Counted from the first letter of the stretch, positions 29,621 to 40,400 are shown. The stretch is DNA of 64,000 nt from an uncultured delta proteobacterium (GCA_963843145.1 CAWJJC010000020.1:576001-640000), one strand, 5' to 3'. Notes: generated by a model from the letters alone, not told the origin. Made by a program: numbers and translations.

Positions 29621-30333
29621 TGGGCCTTTCTCTGCAATTGGTTAAGAAGGTGGATGGGTTTACCCTGGAGGTGGAATGGGCCATCCAAGAGGAATTGGCC
29701 GTCCTTTTCGGATTTTCCGGGGCCGGAAAAACGATGACCCTTCAGATGATTGCCGGTCTGATGAAACCGGATCAGGGAACCATCTGTTTAGGCGGCCAGA
29801 CACTGTTCGACAGCCGGGCCGGAATCGACGTCTGTCCCCAGGATCGATCCATCGGCTACGTCTTTCAGGACTTGGCCCTGTTTCCACACCTGACGGTCCG
29901 GGGCAATATTGTCTACGGGGCGAATGGGCTGGGAAAAAAGGAACGACGGGAAAAAACAGAGGAGATGATCGAAAGTTTTCATCTCCAAGGGCTGGGTGAC
30001 AAGAAACCGGTTGAGATTTCCGGGGGGCAACGGCAGCGGGTAGCCCTGGCCCGAGCGCTCATCCGTCGGCCGAAATTGCTCTTGTTGGATGAACCATTTT
30101 CAGCCCTCGACCATCCCCTCCGCTTGGAGATGCATCAGTACCTGACCAGGGCGGCCGGTGATTATAAGATTCCGGTAATTATGGTTACGCACGATTTGAA
30201 CGAAGCCTATAAGCTGGGTGACAAAATCATTATTTATTCCCAGGGACGGGTCACCCAAGCCGGCACCCCGGAAGAGGTTAGGAATAATCCCGTTATTCGT
30301 GAAGCCAAAAGGTTTTATGATTCTCCCGAATGA
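29620..30333 (+). CDS. modC: Molybdate ABC ATP-binding protein (no TOBE tail)
   Basis: GFSGAGKT, GYVFQDLALFPHL, SGGQRQR, LLDEPFSALD. Confidence 0.92.
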   Translation: MGLSLQLVKKVDGFTLEVEWAIQEELAVLFGFSGAGKTMTLQMIAGLMKPDQGTICLGGQTLFDSRAGIDVCPQDRSIGYVFQDLALFPHLTVRGNIVYGANGLGKKERREKTEEMIESFHLQGLGDKKPVEISGGQRQRVALARALIRRPKLLLLDEPFSALDHPLRLEMHQYLTRAAGDYKIPVIMVTHDLNEAYKLGDKIIIYSQGRVTQAGTPEEVRNNPVIREAKRFYDSPE

Positions 30334-30348
30334 AACAACGGCCTGACC

Positions 30349-31368
30349 TCAGGCGCAAAGAGTTGCCCCGCCTCAGGAAAAGCCACTGCCGGCCGTGCAG
30401 GCGTAGCAGTGGTCTCCTACCCGGATGGGGGTGCCGGCCGGAGGTGGACCTTCCATTTCCGAGACATGGACCTTTCCCTCACCATGAGGTAGGTCCAAGG
30501 CCAGGTTGAAGTCACAATCGTAGAGGATTCCTTCCCAGGAAACCGAAACCAGGGAACGGCACATAACCCCCGCCAAGGTGGCCGGGTTGAAGCCGGAGGC
30601 CAGCTTTTCCTGGTAGCGTAGCAGGTTTCCCGAGCGATCCAGCCAGTCCCGGTAGCGGCCCAGAGGGACATTGGCGAAGACATAGAGATGATTGAACAAC
30701 AGGCCCCACCGGTTTTCCAACTCCTTTCGAAAGCGCTTTTCCGCTTCGGTCTGGGAGGGGGGGAGAAAGGCCCCGCTGGGATTGCTGACCAGGTTCAGCT
30801 CCAGGCCGCTGCCTTCCCGGCCATAGCCCACCGCGTTCAGCCGCTGCAGGGTGGCGAGGGACTGCTGAAAAACGCCGGGACCCCGCTGGGCGTCGGTTTG
30901 GCCGGACTTCAGGGAAGGAAAAGAGGCCACCACCACCACCCGATGATCCTTCAGAATTTCAATCAGGGGAGACTGGGTGTCGCCGCCTAACGCCGTTAGA
31001 TTGGAACGAAGCATGATCCGGGGGCACTGGCGGAAAAGTCCCGTGATTAAACGGGTCAGGTTGGGATTCAACTCCGGGGCACCCCCGGTGATATCCGCCA
31101 CGGTAAACCCACCTCTACCGGCATAATCGATCACCTGATCGACCGTCTCGGCCGTCATAACTTCCTGTCGATGCGGACCGGCATCCAAGTGGCAGTGGCG
31201 GCAGGTCTGGTTGCAGAGCAGCCCCACATTTATCTGCAGGGTAGTAGTCTGATCCCGCACCAGGGACAATCCCTGTTCGGTCAAGGTGGTACTGAAAGGT
31301 TTGCTCCACCCCTGCTCAGGACCGGTGGAAAATTTTTCTGCCGGAAGACGAATAGCCGGTTCCATCAA
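30349..31368 (-). CDS. arsS: ArsS-type radical SAM/Cys-rich (seleno)protein; in-frame UGA at 30373-30375 probably Sec
   Basis: CNQTCRHCH, DITGGAPE, YDCDFN, HCYACTAGSGFS-UGA-GGATLCA-stop. Confidence 0.85.
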
Positions 31369-31377
31369 ATAACCTAT

Positions 31378-31710
31378 CTACATGGACAGCTTTTCGGCCA
31401 CATTGCGCATCTGGACCCCGTGGACCAGGGAAGCCCCACCCCGAATGGCCACGGCCACATGCACGGCCTCGGTCATCTCGCTCAGGTCCGACCCTTTTTC
31501 CAGACAGGTCTGGGTATAGGCATCTATGCAGTAAGGGCACTGGACCGCATGAGCCACGGCCAGAGCGATCAGGGCTTTTTCCCGTTCGGTCAGGGCCCCT
31601 TCGGCAAAAACGGTCTGGTAATAGTCAAAAAATTTTTGGGCCAGGGTCGGCGCCTCCTTCCCGATCTCGGGAAACTTGGGCAGATCCTGGGGCCGGTAAT
31701 AAGTTTCCAT
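31378..31710 (-). CDS. Carboxymuconolactone decarboxylase/AhpD-like protein (ArsS-associated peroxidase-like)
   Basis: LTEREKALIALAV..QCPYCIDAY, IRGGASLVHG. Confidence 0.9.
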   Translation of the reverse strand: METYYRPQDLPKFPEIGKEAPTLAQKFFDYYQTVFAEGALTEREKALIALAVAHAVQCPYCIDAYTQTCLEKGSDLSEMTEAVHVAVAIRGGASLVHGVQMRNVAEKLSM

Positions 31711-31796
31711 CAATCCCTCTCCTCCTCTAATCCAAAAATAATACGTCGCCATTTTCTAGTATAGAATATCATAATCAGATCCGAGAATACACCTAT

Positions 31797-32477
31797 TCAG
31801 CACTCCGACTTTAAGGGATTGCCGTCCCAGCCATCTGCAAAGGCTCGATATTCTTCCAAAGTATTTATATTTAAACAGACCTGGGGATCGCTGACCTTCA
31901 CTTTGGCCACCCGCTCCGGGGAAAGGTCTCGGATTTGTTTATCGAGGCGGGCTTCGGCGTTCGCAACGGGCACCGAAAGAAGTTGAACGAGAAAGCGTCG
32001 CGACAGCAGGACAGGGTGTCCTCCCTTAGATCGGTATTGAGGAATTACCACGTCCAATGTATTATTAAAGACCTCGACTAGCCGGTCAAAAACCTCCCTC
32101 TGGGGACCGGGAACATCTACGGGGAGGATAAAAGCGCCGGCCCAATCCTTTTTCAATAAGAAGGGGATGGCGCACTGAAGGGAAGAGAACTGTCCGAACT
32201 CCGGGGTTTCGTTGACGACGACGGATACGGCCAGACCGGATTGGATGGACGTTTCATACCAGGCGTCCTGCAGCCAGGGAATCCGCTCAAAGTATCGCTC
32301 CTGGTGATAACCCAGAACAATGACCGTCTCTTTGCCCGAGGCGGCTGCAAATCGGCTTACCTGTTCGAGCAGCCAGGGCCGCCCCTTAAAATCGACTATT
32401 CCTTTGGGCTTTCCCATCCGGGAGGATTGGCCGCCGGCCAGGAGGATTAGAGGAAAGACTTGAACGGGGTTTATCAT
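31797..32477 (-). CDS. MocA/MobA-like nucleotidyltransferase
   Basis: LAGGQSSRMG.PK, PVDVP, GHPV, NINT. Confidence 0.85.
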   Translation of the reverse strand: MINPVQVFPLILLAGGQSSRMGKPKGIVDFKGRPWLLEQVSRFAAASGKETVIVLGYHQERYFERIPWLQDAWYETSIQSGLAVSVVVNETPEFGQFSSLQCAIPFLLKKDWAGAFILPVDVPGPQREVFDRLVEVFNNTLDVVIPQYRSKGGHPVLLSRRFLVQLLSVPVANAEARLDKQIRDLSPERVAKVKVSDPQVCLNINTLEEYRAFADGWDGNPLKSEC

Positions 32478-32506
32478 AAACTATCCGGACCGGCGCCACC
32501 TCAATT

Positions 32507-33016
32507 TCAGGCGCCAGTCGTCGGTGAACCGTCATTGTGACGATAACTTCCTCCGGCTTGCTCTATTTCCTGAAGAACCCGTTCCAACATCTCGGCTACC
32601 CGGCCTCGGATCGTCGGGGTCAGTTCGTCGGACCAAGGGGAATAATCCTCGGGCTCGATGCCCAACACCACCGTTTCGGGTCGGTTGCCCACCAATTCGC
32701 AGCAGGCCAGGGTTTCCAGAAGGTCCGTTTGGTGAAGAGAATACTTAAAAGCCACACTCTTGCGGACTTCTTCGCCGGTCAGGCGATAAAACGTTCCCGG
32801 AGACTGGCCGTTTAGTACGGCATCCACCACGATTAACAAATCCGAAGAGCTTATGGCGTCCATCAGTTTAATCCCCAAAGTCCCCCCGTCCATGAGGGAC
32901 ACATTCGGAGAAAAAGAATAGTCGCTCTGGAGCCGCTCCACCACCCGCACGCCGACTCCCTCATCGCGCAGCAGAATATTCCCCACCCCTAATACCAGTA
33001 TTCGTTTCTCCGGCAT
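32507..33016 (-). CDS. Hydrogenase maturation protease (HyaD/HybD family)
   Basis: VLGVGNILLRDEGVG, DGGT, VDAV, SLHQ. Confidence 0.95.
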   Translation of the reverse strand: MPEKRILVLGVGNILLRDEGVGVRVVERLQSDYSFSPNVSLMDGGTLGIKLMDAISSSDLLIVVDAVLNGQSPGTFYRLTGEEVRKSVAFKYSLHQTDLLETLACCELVGNRPETVVLGIEPEDYSPWSDELTPTIRGRVAEMLERVLQEIEQAGGSYRHNDGSPTTGA

Positions 33017-33079
33017 TCAACTATCCTTAGAATCGCGTCTATTGAAAATTTCTTTGGAAAATCAGGGTCGGAACCAATC

Positions 33080-33131
33080 CTTCACCTCCGCCCTCTTCCT
33101 CCATCGAAGGAGGGAGAGGGCGGAGGTGAAA
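33080..33131. terminator. Strong stem-loop between hydrogenase large subunit and protease
   Basis: CTTCACCTCCGCCCTCTTCCTCC...GGAGGGAGAGGGCGGAGGTGAAG. Confidence 0.6.
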
Positions 33132-33133
33132 GT

Positions 33134-34822
33134 CTAGGAAACTTTAAATTCGTACACTTCGTTGGTTTGAGGATCGATGATATGAACCCCACAGGCGATG
33201 CAGGGGTCGAAGGAATGGACCGTCCGCAATACTTCCACCGGGCGCTTGGGGTCCGCCACGGGGGTGCCGATCAAGGCCTCCTCCACCGGTCCCAGGCGAC
33301 CCAGGGCGCAGCGGGGTCCCAGATTCCAGGTTGAGGGAACAACCAACTGGAAATTTTCTATTTTTCCGTTCTTTACGGACATCCAGTGGCTCAGCGCTCC
33401 CCGGGGGGCCGTCACGAACCCGACACCCTCAGCATCTTTGGGCATCTTCCATTCCGTGTACAGCGTCGTGTCGCCCTTCTTAACATTGGCTTCCATCTGG
33501 TTTAACCAGGCTTCCGTCTTGCCGGCGATGACCGCGCATTCGATACCCCGAGCGGCAGTCCGGCCCAGGGTGGAAAACAGGGCTTCCGGCCCGACATTCA
33601 GATGTTTCAGGACAGTATCCACCAGTCCTTTGCATTCCGGTTGACCTTTGGCGTAAGCGACTAAAACCGTGGCCAAGGGCCCCGTTTCCATGGGTTTGTT
33701 ATGATAGCGGGGGGCCTTCATCCAGGAATAGCGGCTCTTATCGTTTAATTTGGTATATTTCGGCTTGGTTACGCCCTTAGAGGGTTTTCGGGCTTCCGTC
33801 CCCTCATACCAACTGAAGGCCACATGCTCCCGGATATCCGAAGGATCGAATTTCTGGACATTGGCCAGATCCCGTTTCATGATCGCCCCGGCCGGCAGCC
33901 AGCGGGTTTCCATATCGGTTTCGGTTTCCGGGAATTCCCCGAAGCTGAGAAAATTCGTACAGCCTCCGATGGCTCCCCAATTTTTATAAAATGAAGCCAC
34001 GGCCAGCAAGTCCGGAATGTAGACCTCATCGATGAACTGTTTGGTCTCCTTATAGAGGTCCCGGAATTCCTTGAGGCGTTCCGGGGTCAGGGCCTCATAA
34101 TTGGTGGCTCCACCCACTACGGTAAATTGGGTGTGGGGGTTCTTCCCCCCCATAACCGCCATCATGCGGGCGGCCTTGACCTGCAGCCGCAAGGCTTCCA
34201 GGTAATGGGCGGTAGCGATCAGGTTGACTTCCGGTGGCAGGACATAAGCCGGATGGCCGCCGAGGAAATAGGCGTTGGTAAAAATACCGAGCTGTCCATT
34301 GTCCACGAAGGCCTTTAACTTGGCCTGAACCGCCTGGAGGCCTTCGGCAGTGGTTTTGCGGTTGGGGGAAATATCGTTGGCCAATTTGGCGGCTTTGGAG
34401 GCGTCGGCCGTCAAGCCGCTGGTCACGTCCACCCAATCCAGCGCATGCAGGTGGTAAAAATGAACGATATGGTCGTGCATGAACTGGCTGGCTAATACCA
34501 AGTTACGCATCAATCGGGCGTTATCGGGGATCTTGACCCCCACGGCGTTGTCGACGCACCGGGTGGCGGCCAGGGCATGCACGTAGGTGCAGACCCCGCA
34601 GGCTCGCTGGGTAATATGCTGGGCGTCCCGTGGATCACGCCCTTTTAAAATAATTTCAAGGCCCCGGAAAAGCTGGGAACTGGACCAGGCATTGTGGACC
34701 TTTCCATTTTTCACCTCCACTTCGATCCGCAGGTGTCCTTCAATCCGGGTAATGGGGTCGATGACGATGGACCCGGAATATCCGCCCCCGACAGGGGCAG
34801 CGGGTGTTTTCTGTTCGGCCAT
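33134..34822 (-). CDS. [NiFe]-hydrogenase large subunit (periplasmic, group 1b-like)
   Basis: DPITRIEGH, L1 QRACGVC, L2 FDPCIACGVH plus cleavable tail; Cys (not Sec) in L2. Confidence 0.97.
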   Translation of the reverse strand: MAEQKTPAAPVGGGYSGSIVIDPITRIEGHLRIEVEVKNGKVHNAWSSSQLFRGLEIILKGRDPRDAQHITQRACGVCTYVHALAATRCVDNAVGVKIPDNARLMRNLVLASQFMHDHIVHFYHLHALDWVDVTSGLTADASKAAKLANDISPNRKTTAEGLQAVQAKLKAFVDNGQLGIFTNAYFLGGHPAYVLPPEVNLIATAHYLEALRLQVKAARMMAVMGGKNPHTQFTVVGGATNYEALTPERLKEFRDLYKETKQFIDEVYIPDLLAVASFYKNWGAIGGCTNFLSFGEFPETETDMETRWLPAGAIMKRDLANVQKFDPSDIREHVAFSWYEGTEARKPSKGVTKPKYTKLNDKSRYSWMKAPRYHNKPMETGPLATVLVAYAKGQPECKGLVDTVLKHLNVGPEALFSTLGRTAARGIECAVIAGKTEAWLNQMEANVKKGDTTLYTEWKMPKDAEGVGFVTAPRGALSHWMSVKNGKIENFQLVVPSTWNLGPRCALGRLGPVEEALIGTPVADPKRPVEVLRTVHSFDPCIACGVHIIDPQTNEVYEFKVS

Positions 34823-34874
34823 TATAATATCCTCCTTAGATACATTAATAAAATAAAGGGGCAGCTAGATCGAC

Positions 34875-35828
34875 TTAGCGTTGAACATAAAAGGGGCTCA
34901 TCTTGTCCCAGAAATCCGGTTCGCTGCAGCCGATGCAGGGATGTCCGGCCTGTACCGGCCAGTTGGTCTGGTTGAACTTAATTTTGGGGCAATTGTTGTA
35001 CGTGTCGGGTCCTTTACACCCCAATTGGTACAAGCACCAGCCTTTCTTGGCCTCTTCCGAACCGAAGGAGGGGGCATATTCCTGTTTGTCGAAGTGCGGC
35101 TGCCGTGGGCACTGGTCATGGACCGTTTCGCCGTAAAACATGACCGGACGGTTTAAAGCATCGAGCTTGGGCATCCCCTTGGTCAGTAAATGGACGACCG
35201 TCCCGACGAAATTATAGGGGTTGGGCGGACAGCCGGCGATATTGATGGCCTTGACGCCCAGCTTCTTCAGGGCGTCATTGACCCCTTTGGCCCCGGTAGG
35301 GTTGGGCTTGGCCGCCTGAACCCCGCCGAAGGTGGCGCAGGCCCCGATGGCGATCACCGCCTTGGCCTTGGGGGCGATTTCACTGCACATCTGAAACATG
35401 GTCTTTCCGGCGATTTTCCCGTAAAGGCCCCCATCCTTGGTGGGGATCGCTCCCTCAATGACGCAGATGTATCCTTCGGGAGATTTTATAGCCTTTTGCA
35501 GGGCGTCTTCGACCGCGTATCCGGCACCGGCCATTAAGGTTTCGTGGTAATCCAGGGAGATGGTGTCCAAAATCAATTCATCGATATAAGGATCGACGGT
35601 TCGCAGTACTGCTTCGGAGCAGCCGGTGCATTCGGCGTTGTGCAGGTAAACCACTGAAGGCCGCTTTTTGGCCGTCAAGGCAGCGGCGATCTCTTTGGCG
35701 AACGAGGCCTCCAAGCCCATCACCGCGGCGACTGTTCCGCAAAATTTTAAGAAATCCCTTCGTGAGATCCCCCGGTTTCGAAGTCTTTCTTCGGCATTTG
35801 GTTTGGCCAATCCAATTTCAAACTTCAT
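34875..35828 (-). CDS. [NiFe]-hydrogenase small subunit with Tat signal
   Basis: SRRDFLK, ECTGC, GCPPNP, HDQC, GCKGP, HPCIGC. Confidence 0.97.
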   Translation of the reverse strand: MKFEIGLAKPNAEERLRNRGISRRDFLKFCGTVAAVMGLEASFAKEIAAALTAKKRPSVVYLHNAECTGCSEAVLRTVDPYIDELILDTISLDYHETLMAGAGYAVEDALQKAIKSPEGYICVIEGAIPTKDGGLYGKIAGKTMFQMCSEIAPKAKAVIAIGACATFGGVQAAKPNPTGAKGVNDALKKLGVKAINIAGCPPNPYNFVGTVVHLLTKGMPKLDALNRPVMFYGETVHDQCPRQPHFDKQEYAPSFGSEEAKKGWCLYQLGCKGPDTYNNCPKIKFNQTNWPVQAGHPCIGCSEPDFWDKMSPFYVQR

Positions 35829-36294
35829 ACATTGCCTCCTTTTGCAACATTTTTTACCAGTGCGTAATCAAATCGGTGTGAATGGCCTAATTAAGAAGTA
35901 GAACCTTTTCCCCATTATCCCCCCCTCATTACAAATTCTTGCCTCCTTCCCTCCCTAATGGATTTTTGGGATAATATTACGTTTTTATATAGGTTTTCAA
36001 CTTTTTTATTTATTATGGAAAGTATATTTATAAAAAACGACTCCGATCCATAAAAATCAACCACTTGGACCCCTGCTTCGGCGTACGGGTAGCCGAAAGT
36101 GCCCATTGAAGGATCGGTCTGAAGCGACCTGCGGGTTACATCCCAACCGATGGCCAAAAAAACCGCCATGGGTCAAGGCCTCCCCAGAATTAGTCGCGGT
36201 ATATCTTAATGGAAAAAAAATAGAGGGAAACTATGTCTGAGTTTCCAGACTGAGGGTCCTCTTCCGGGGTACCGAGGCCGGTTCAGCAATATCT

Positions 36295-36813
36295 TTAGAT
36301 AGATTGATCGGGTTGGTCCCCATTTCTTACCAGGCCGCTGAAAATTTTACGGAGTGTCTTATCGTCTATCTGGTCCAGCAGGAAATCATCCAATTCATCT
36401 TCAGGGTCCTCGCCTGAAGGCTTCGCTTCCGGCTCTGCTGCCGACTCAGCCAATTGGACGGGCAGGGTAGTGCCGTTTTCCTTGGCTACCCAGTTGTGAC
36501 GGTGGCTGAAATGATCCAGATATTTCTGGCATTCATCGTGGGCTCCGATATAAGAGATAAACAGCGTTTCCCCCCGGCGGAAACAGATCACCCGAAAACC
36601 CTCGCCCAGGTCGTATTTGAGGCAACCCTCGATCCGTTTTTCCCCCCAGCCGGTCAGCTTCCAGACTTTTTTTAAGTCGGGGGGTCCATTTTGGGTCAAG
36701 GCCTCTACAAGTTCCTCAGCCTTTTGGGCGGCCGTTGCCCCTTTTTCGCCTCTTTTCCGCAGGGCTTCCAGCTCTTTCTCAAATCTTCTTTCCAGATGTA
36801 TAAAACGGATCAT
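36295..36813 (-). CDS. Hypothetical protein, possible RelE-like N-terminal fold with acidic tail
   Basis: FEKELEAL, KYDLGEGFRVI, YIGAHDE; acidic C-terminus. Confidence 0.6.
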   Translation of the reverse strand: MIRFIHLERRFEKELEALRKRGEKGATAAQKAEELVEALTQNGPPDLKKVWKLTGWGEKRIEGCLKYDLGEGFRVICFRRGETLFISYIGAHDECQKYLDHFSHRHNWVAKENGTTLPVQLAESAAEPEAKPSGEDPEDELDDFLLDQIDDKTLRKIFSGLVRNGDQPDQSI

Positions 36814-37079
36814 TCTACTAACCCCCCATGGCCCGAAGCGAGCAAGTCGCGAAAGCATGGAAATAACAGATCGATTAAAGTCGTTGAAGAATGGCAGACA
36901 TCCGGACGAAGCGAAGCGGACCCGTAGTCCAGGGCTAATTCAAGCCCCACAAGCTCTGGATACCGGGAGATCGAGTTCGGTATCGACGCGCAAAAGACAA
37001 GGGCCAAAAACTGGTACTGGATTTTATCTGCATACTAAACGGTCATTTCCTACGTAGCACTTTCTGGTTTTGACTGCAT

Positions 37080-38232
37080 CTAAACCCGGACTACTTCCAG
37101 AAAGGCTTCCACCCGGGTTTTCAACTGTTCCACATCCCAGAAGGAGTAATCGGTTTCCAAATGCAAAAGGGGAATTGGCCCGTTCTTCTTCCAAAAATTC
37201 TTGAAGCGGGTAGGCCTCCACGCTGTAGGTAAGGCAGCAGCGCCAGGTGAGGTCCACCACGCCCTGAACTTTAAAATCCTTGATCAGTCTGGCGATGAGG
37301 TCAAATCGGCCGATATTGGGGGTCAGGCAAGAGCAGGGGGTCTGGAGGTAATGCCGGGCGATAGCCCGGTACGGATTTTCATCCGTTTCGTCGATCAGAC
37401 GATCGAAGCTTTTAATGCCGGTGCAATTTTCCTGGCAGACCACTATCCCACCGGATTCCTCGATCAGGCGGAGCACTTTCTCCGACCCCTTGCCCACCGG
37501 GCAGCCGGTCAGAAGAATTCGGGGGGCCTCCGACGGAACGACGGAAATTCCCTGGTTCTTCAACAGAGTGAGTTCTGCCAACAATTGATCCAGATGTTCG
37601 CCGTAGGATACCAGGTCCACGGGAAACCCCTTGGATTCCATAACCGGCAACAGGTCCAGGCCGGTGATGGGAACGGACTCCTCGGCGCATTGGTAGACGA
37701 TTTCTTTTAGCCGCCGGCGGATTCGGTTGTTGATTTTGATCTGGTGGCGCAGGGCTTCCGGAACGATCTTGTTTCCCGTAGCCTCTTCCAGATATTCCTT
37801 TAAGCCTGTACATTTCTTCCAGCCAGTAAAGAGGGGCCACCGGTCGGCGGGAGTATAGGGAAGCTGCAACAGGAAGAAGGGCTTGATCCTTCCGAGCAGT
37901 TCAAACATCTTTTTCTTGCCGTCACAGGTGGTTTCCCCGATGAGAATATCCGAGGCGGCGAAATAGGGACAGGTGTCCGTCACGGCGTAGCCGTAGCTGG
38001 ACTTGATCAGGGGGCAGAGATTGATCGGCAGGGTTTTCTCCGCCTCGGCGATCGGGGTCTCTTGTTTGCCGCAAAGCCCCACCGGTATGGCCCCGGCGGC
38101 CCAGACCAACTCCGCCGGGGCAAAGGTGCAATAAATGCCCCCCACCTTCCTGCCGGACTTCCGGGCCTCATCCAACAGGAGAAGACTTTGTTCGCCGAAA
38201 CGTTGGAAATATTCCAAGGAGGAGTATTTCAT
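37080..38232 (-). CDS. Double-cubane-cluster anaerobic reductase (DCCP; 2-hydroxyacyl-CoA dehydratase family), frameshifted
   Basis: [43 protein letters not shown]; true C-terminus [15 protein letters not shown] in another frame. Confidence 0.85.
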
Positions 38233-39003
38233 CGGGACTTTTCTTTTCCATAAAGGGCGGCTCCCAAAGCCCCGACTAAATCCGGTTTTTCAGGCACGAT
38301 CAGCGGCGTTTTAATTTCCTCTTCGATCAGCTTCCGCATGCAGGGGTTATGGGCCACCCCCCCGGCAAACATCAGGGGCGATTCCTTCCCCACCCGTCCC
38401 AGCATGGAAAGGGTTCGCTGGACGATGGCCAGGTGCAACCCCAGGGCGATGTTTTCCGGCCGCTCGCCCCGGGCCACCAGCGAGGTGGCTTCGCTTTCGG
38501 CGAAGACGGTGCACATGCTGCTGATTTTGATTCTCCGGTCGGCCCGTAAGGCGTAGTCCCCAAAAGATTCGATAGGAATCTGCAGGGCCGCGGCCATGAA
38601 TTCCAGGAACTTCCCCGTGCCGGCGGCGCAGCGGTCGTTCATCTCAAATTTAGCCACTTTCCCCTGATCGGAGAGGGAGATAACCTTGGTATCCTGCCCA
38701 CCGATATCCAAGATGCTCCGAGTTTCCGGGATAAAGGTAGTGGGCCCCGAGGGCATAAGCCTGAATCTCCGTAATGGTCGTGGTCGGGAAATCGCCGTTC
38801 AGGGAATCGGCCAGAAGCTTGCGGCCGTATCCGGTGGCCACGATCCGATCAAGGGGGATATCCTCTATGATTTTCCGACATTGGCCCAGGGGATCAAAGG
38901 TCGTCGACACCTTGGCCTCATGGATCCTCTGATCCCCTTGAAGGACCACCAGCTCGATGGACCGGGAACCGATGTCGATCCCGGCAATTATATTCTTATC
39001 CAT
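38229..39003 (-). CDS. CoA-dehydratase activase/archerase ATPase (frameshift near 38735)
   Basis: GIDIGS, ATGYGR, DIGGQDTK, MNDRCAAGTG, SMCTVFAESE, GGVA. Confidence 0.9.
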
Positions 39004-40255
39004 TTAGAGCGAATAGCCACGATGGCGGCAACGATCAAACCCAAGATAGCCAGTCGAATTACTAGACCTGACTTTTTCGCTTTTTCACCTGCCCAAAAGG
39101 ACCTTTCGCGAGTCGTGGCTGCTTTGACCTCCTTTTGGAAACGTTTTTTTAGTCGGATCCGGTTGAGGTAGGTGATGGGAGCGCCTGAAACCTTTGCCTT
39201 GCCTGCCAGGGCGGCTTCCGGTTCATAAAGGAGATCGAGCACATGGCTCGTTGGGGTTCTCCTGTTGAGGTAGCCGGCGCAGCCGGCGCAACAGGTGATA
39301 ATCCTTTTTTGTTCCGCTTCTGTTTTTCGGAGCTCTCCCCATTTCTCTGAAAACGAGGCCGCCACGCGTCCCACGGCCCCCCCTTCTCCACAGCAAAGGG
39401 TTGTTTTGCCGCTGTGAGTCATCTCTTCAATCTCGAGACCTTCCCGGCGCACCAACTCCCGTAACGCCGCATGCACCTTTTCCTCGGAGCGAACCGCGCA
39501 CGGATCATGGATCCTCACTACGCCGCCTAGTTTCCGGCCCGAGTGGGTGCCCCGTCATCGGCCAGGATTTCGTATACCGTCTTGACCTGCAATTCGCCGC
39601 CGTAATTCAAGAAGATCTTGTGACAGTTTGGACAGGCCACTAGGACCCGCCGCACACCCTTTCCAAGAAGATAGGATTTCAGCTCATTGAACATGGACTG
39701 AAAGAATTTCTCCCGACCCAGGTCGTGGGAGATCTTGGTGCAGCAGTCGAGCACAATTCCCAAAGAGGGCATCTGCCTCTTCAGATCCTGATAGAGGGCG
39801 AAGGTCTTATCCGGCCGCGTGCCGGTCAGGGTGCAGCCGGGGAAAAAGACCGTGTCACAGCCTTCCGGCAGCCCATAAAAGCTGTATTTCTTTGAGGTCC
39901 CCCTTCTTTCGTAGGCCAGAAGTCCGCCATGCTCGGCAAAAGATCCGTTGCCTCGGTCCACGGTTTCACACCGCATTTGCAGAAACATGTCCGCGGGCGT
40001 TGCCCCGACAGGGCAGACGGCATGACAGAGCTGGCAAAGGCTGCATTCAAAAGGCAGCCCCTGGTAGCCCTGATCCGATGGGTCATAGGCATCCGCGATC
40101 TCTTTGGGCTTCCCATACTTACGCAGGAAGGCACACTCCTTTTGGCAAAGCTGGCAGTTGATGCAAGTCTCGGAGACCGCTCTCAGCGTATCGCGAAGTG
40201 ACTCCCGGACTTCAAGCCTCGAAACATCCCTGGGCTGAAGTTTCTCTTTTGCCAT
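38988..40255 (-). CDS. 4Fe-4S/CCG-domain oxidoreductase (HdrD/GlpC-like), frameshift near 39525
   Basis: CINCQLCQKEC, CSLCQLCHAVCP, FFPGC, DCC, ACPNC, HDPC, CCGEGG, CAGC. Confidence 0.85.
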
Positions 40256-40400
40256 TTACGTTGACTTCCTCCAAAAAAACCTCAACTCCGAAAAAGCAGA
40301 ATTTGCTTAGAGCGTAATCGCCGAATCCGCCCCCACCTGATCCAAAGCTTTATAGCGATCACGAAAGCAGGACAACGCAGCGGCTGCGACCAGCGTATTT

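Noticed and set aside
33134-33230. [NiFeSe]-hydrogenase
   Set aside because: L2 motif is DPCIAC with Cys codons; no UGA.
35843-35859. Sigma54 promoter for the hydrogenase (TGGTAAAAAATGTTGCA)
   Set aside because: GG-GC spacing is 11 rather than 10 nt, and it abuts the RBS.
36060-36185. Possible 6S RNA or c-di-GMP riboswitch
   Set aside because: Only loose end-to-end complementarity; diagnostic motifs not found. An Infernal scan would be needed.
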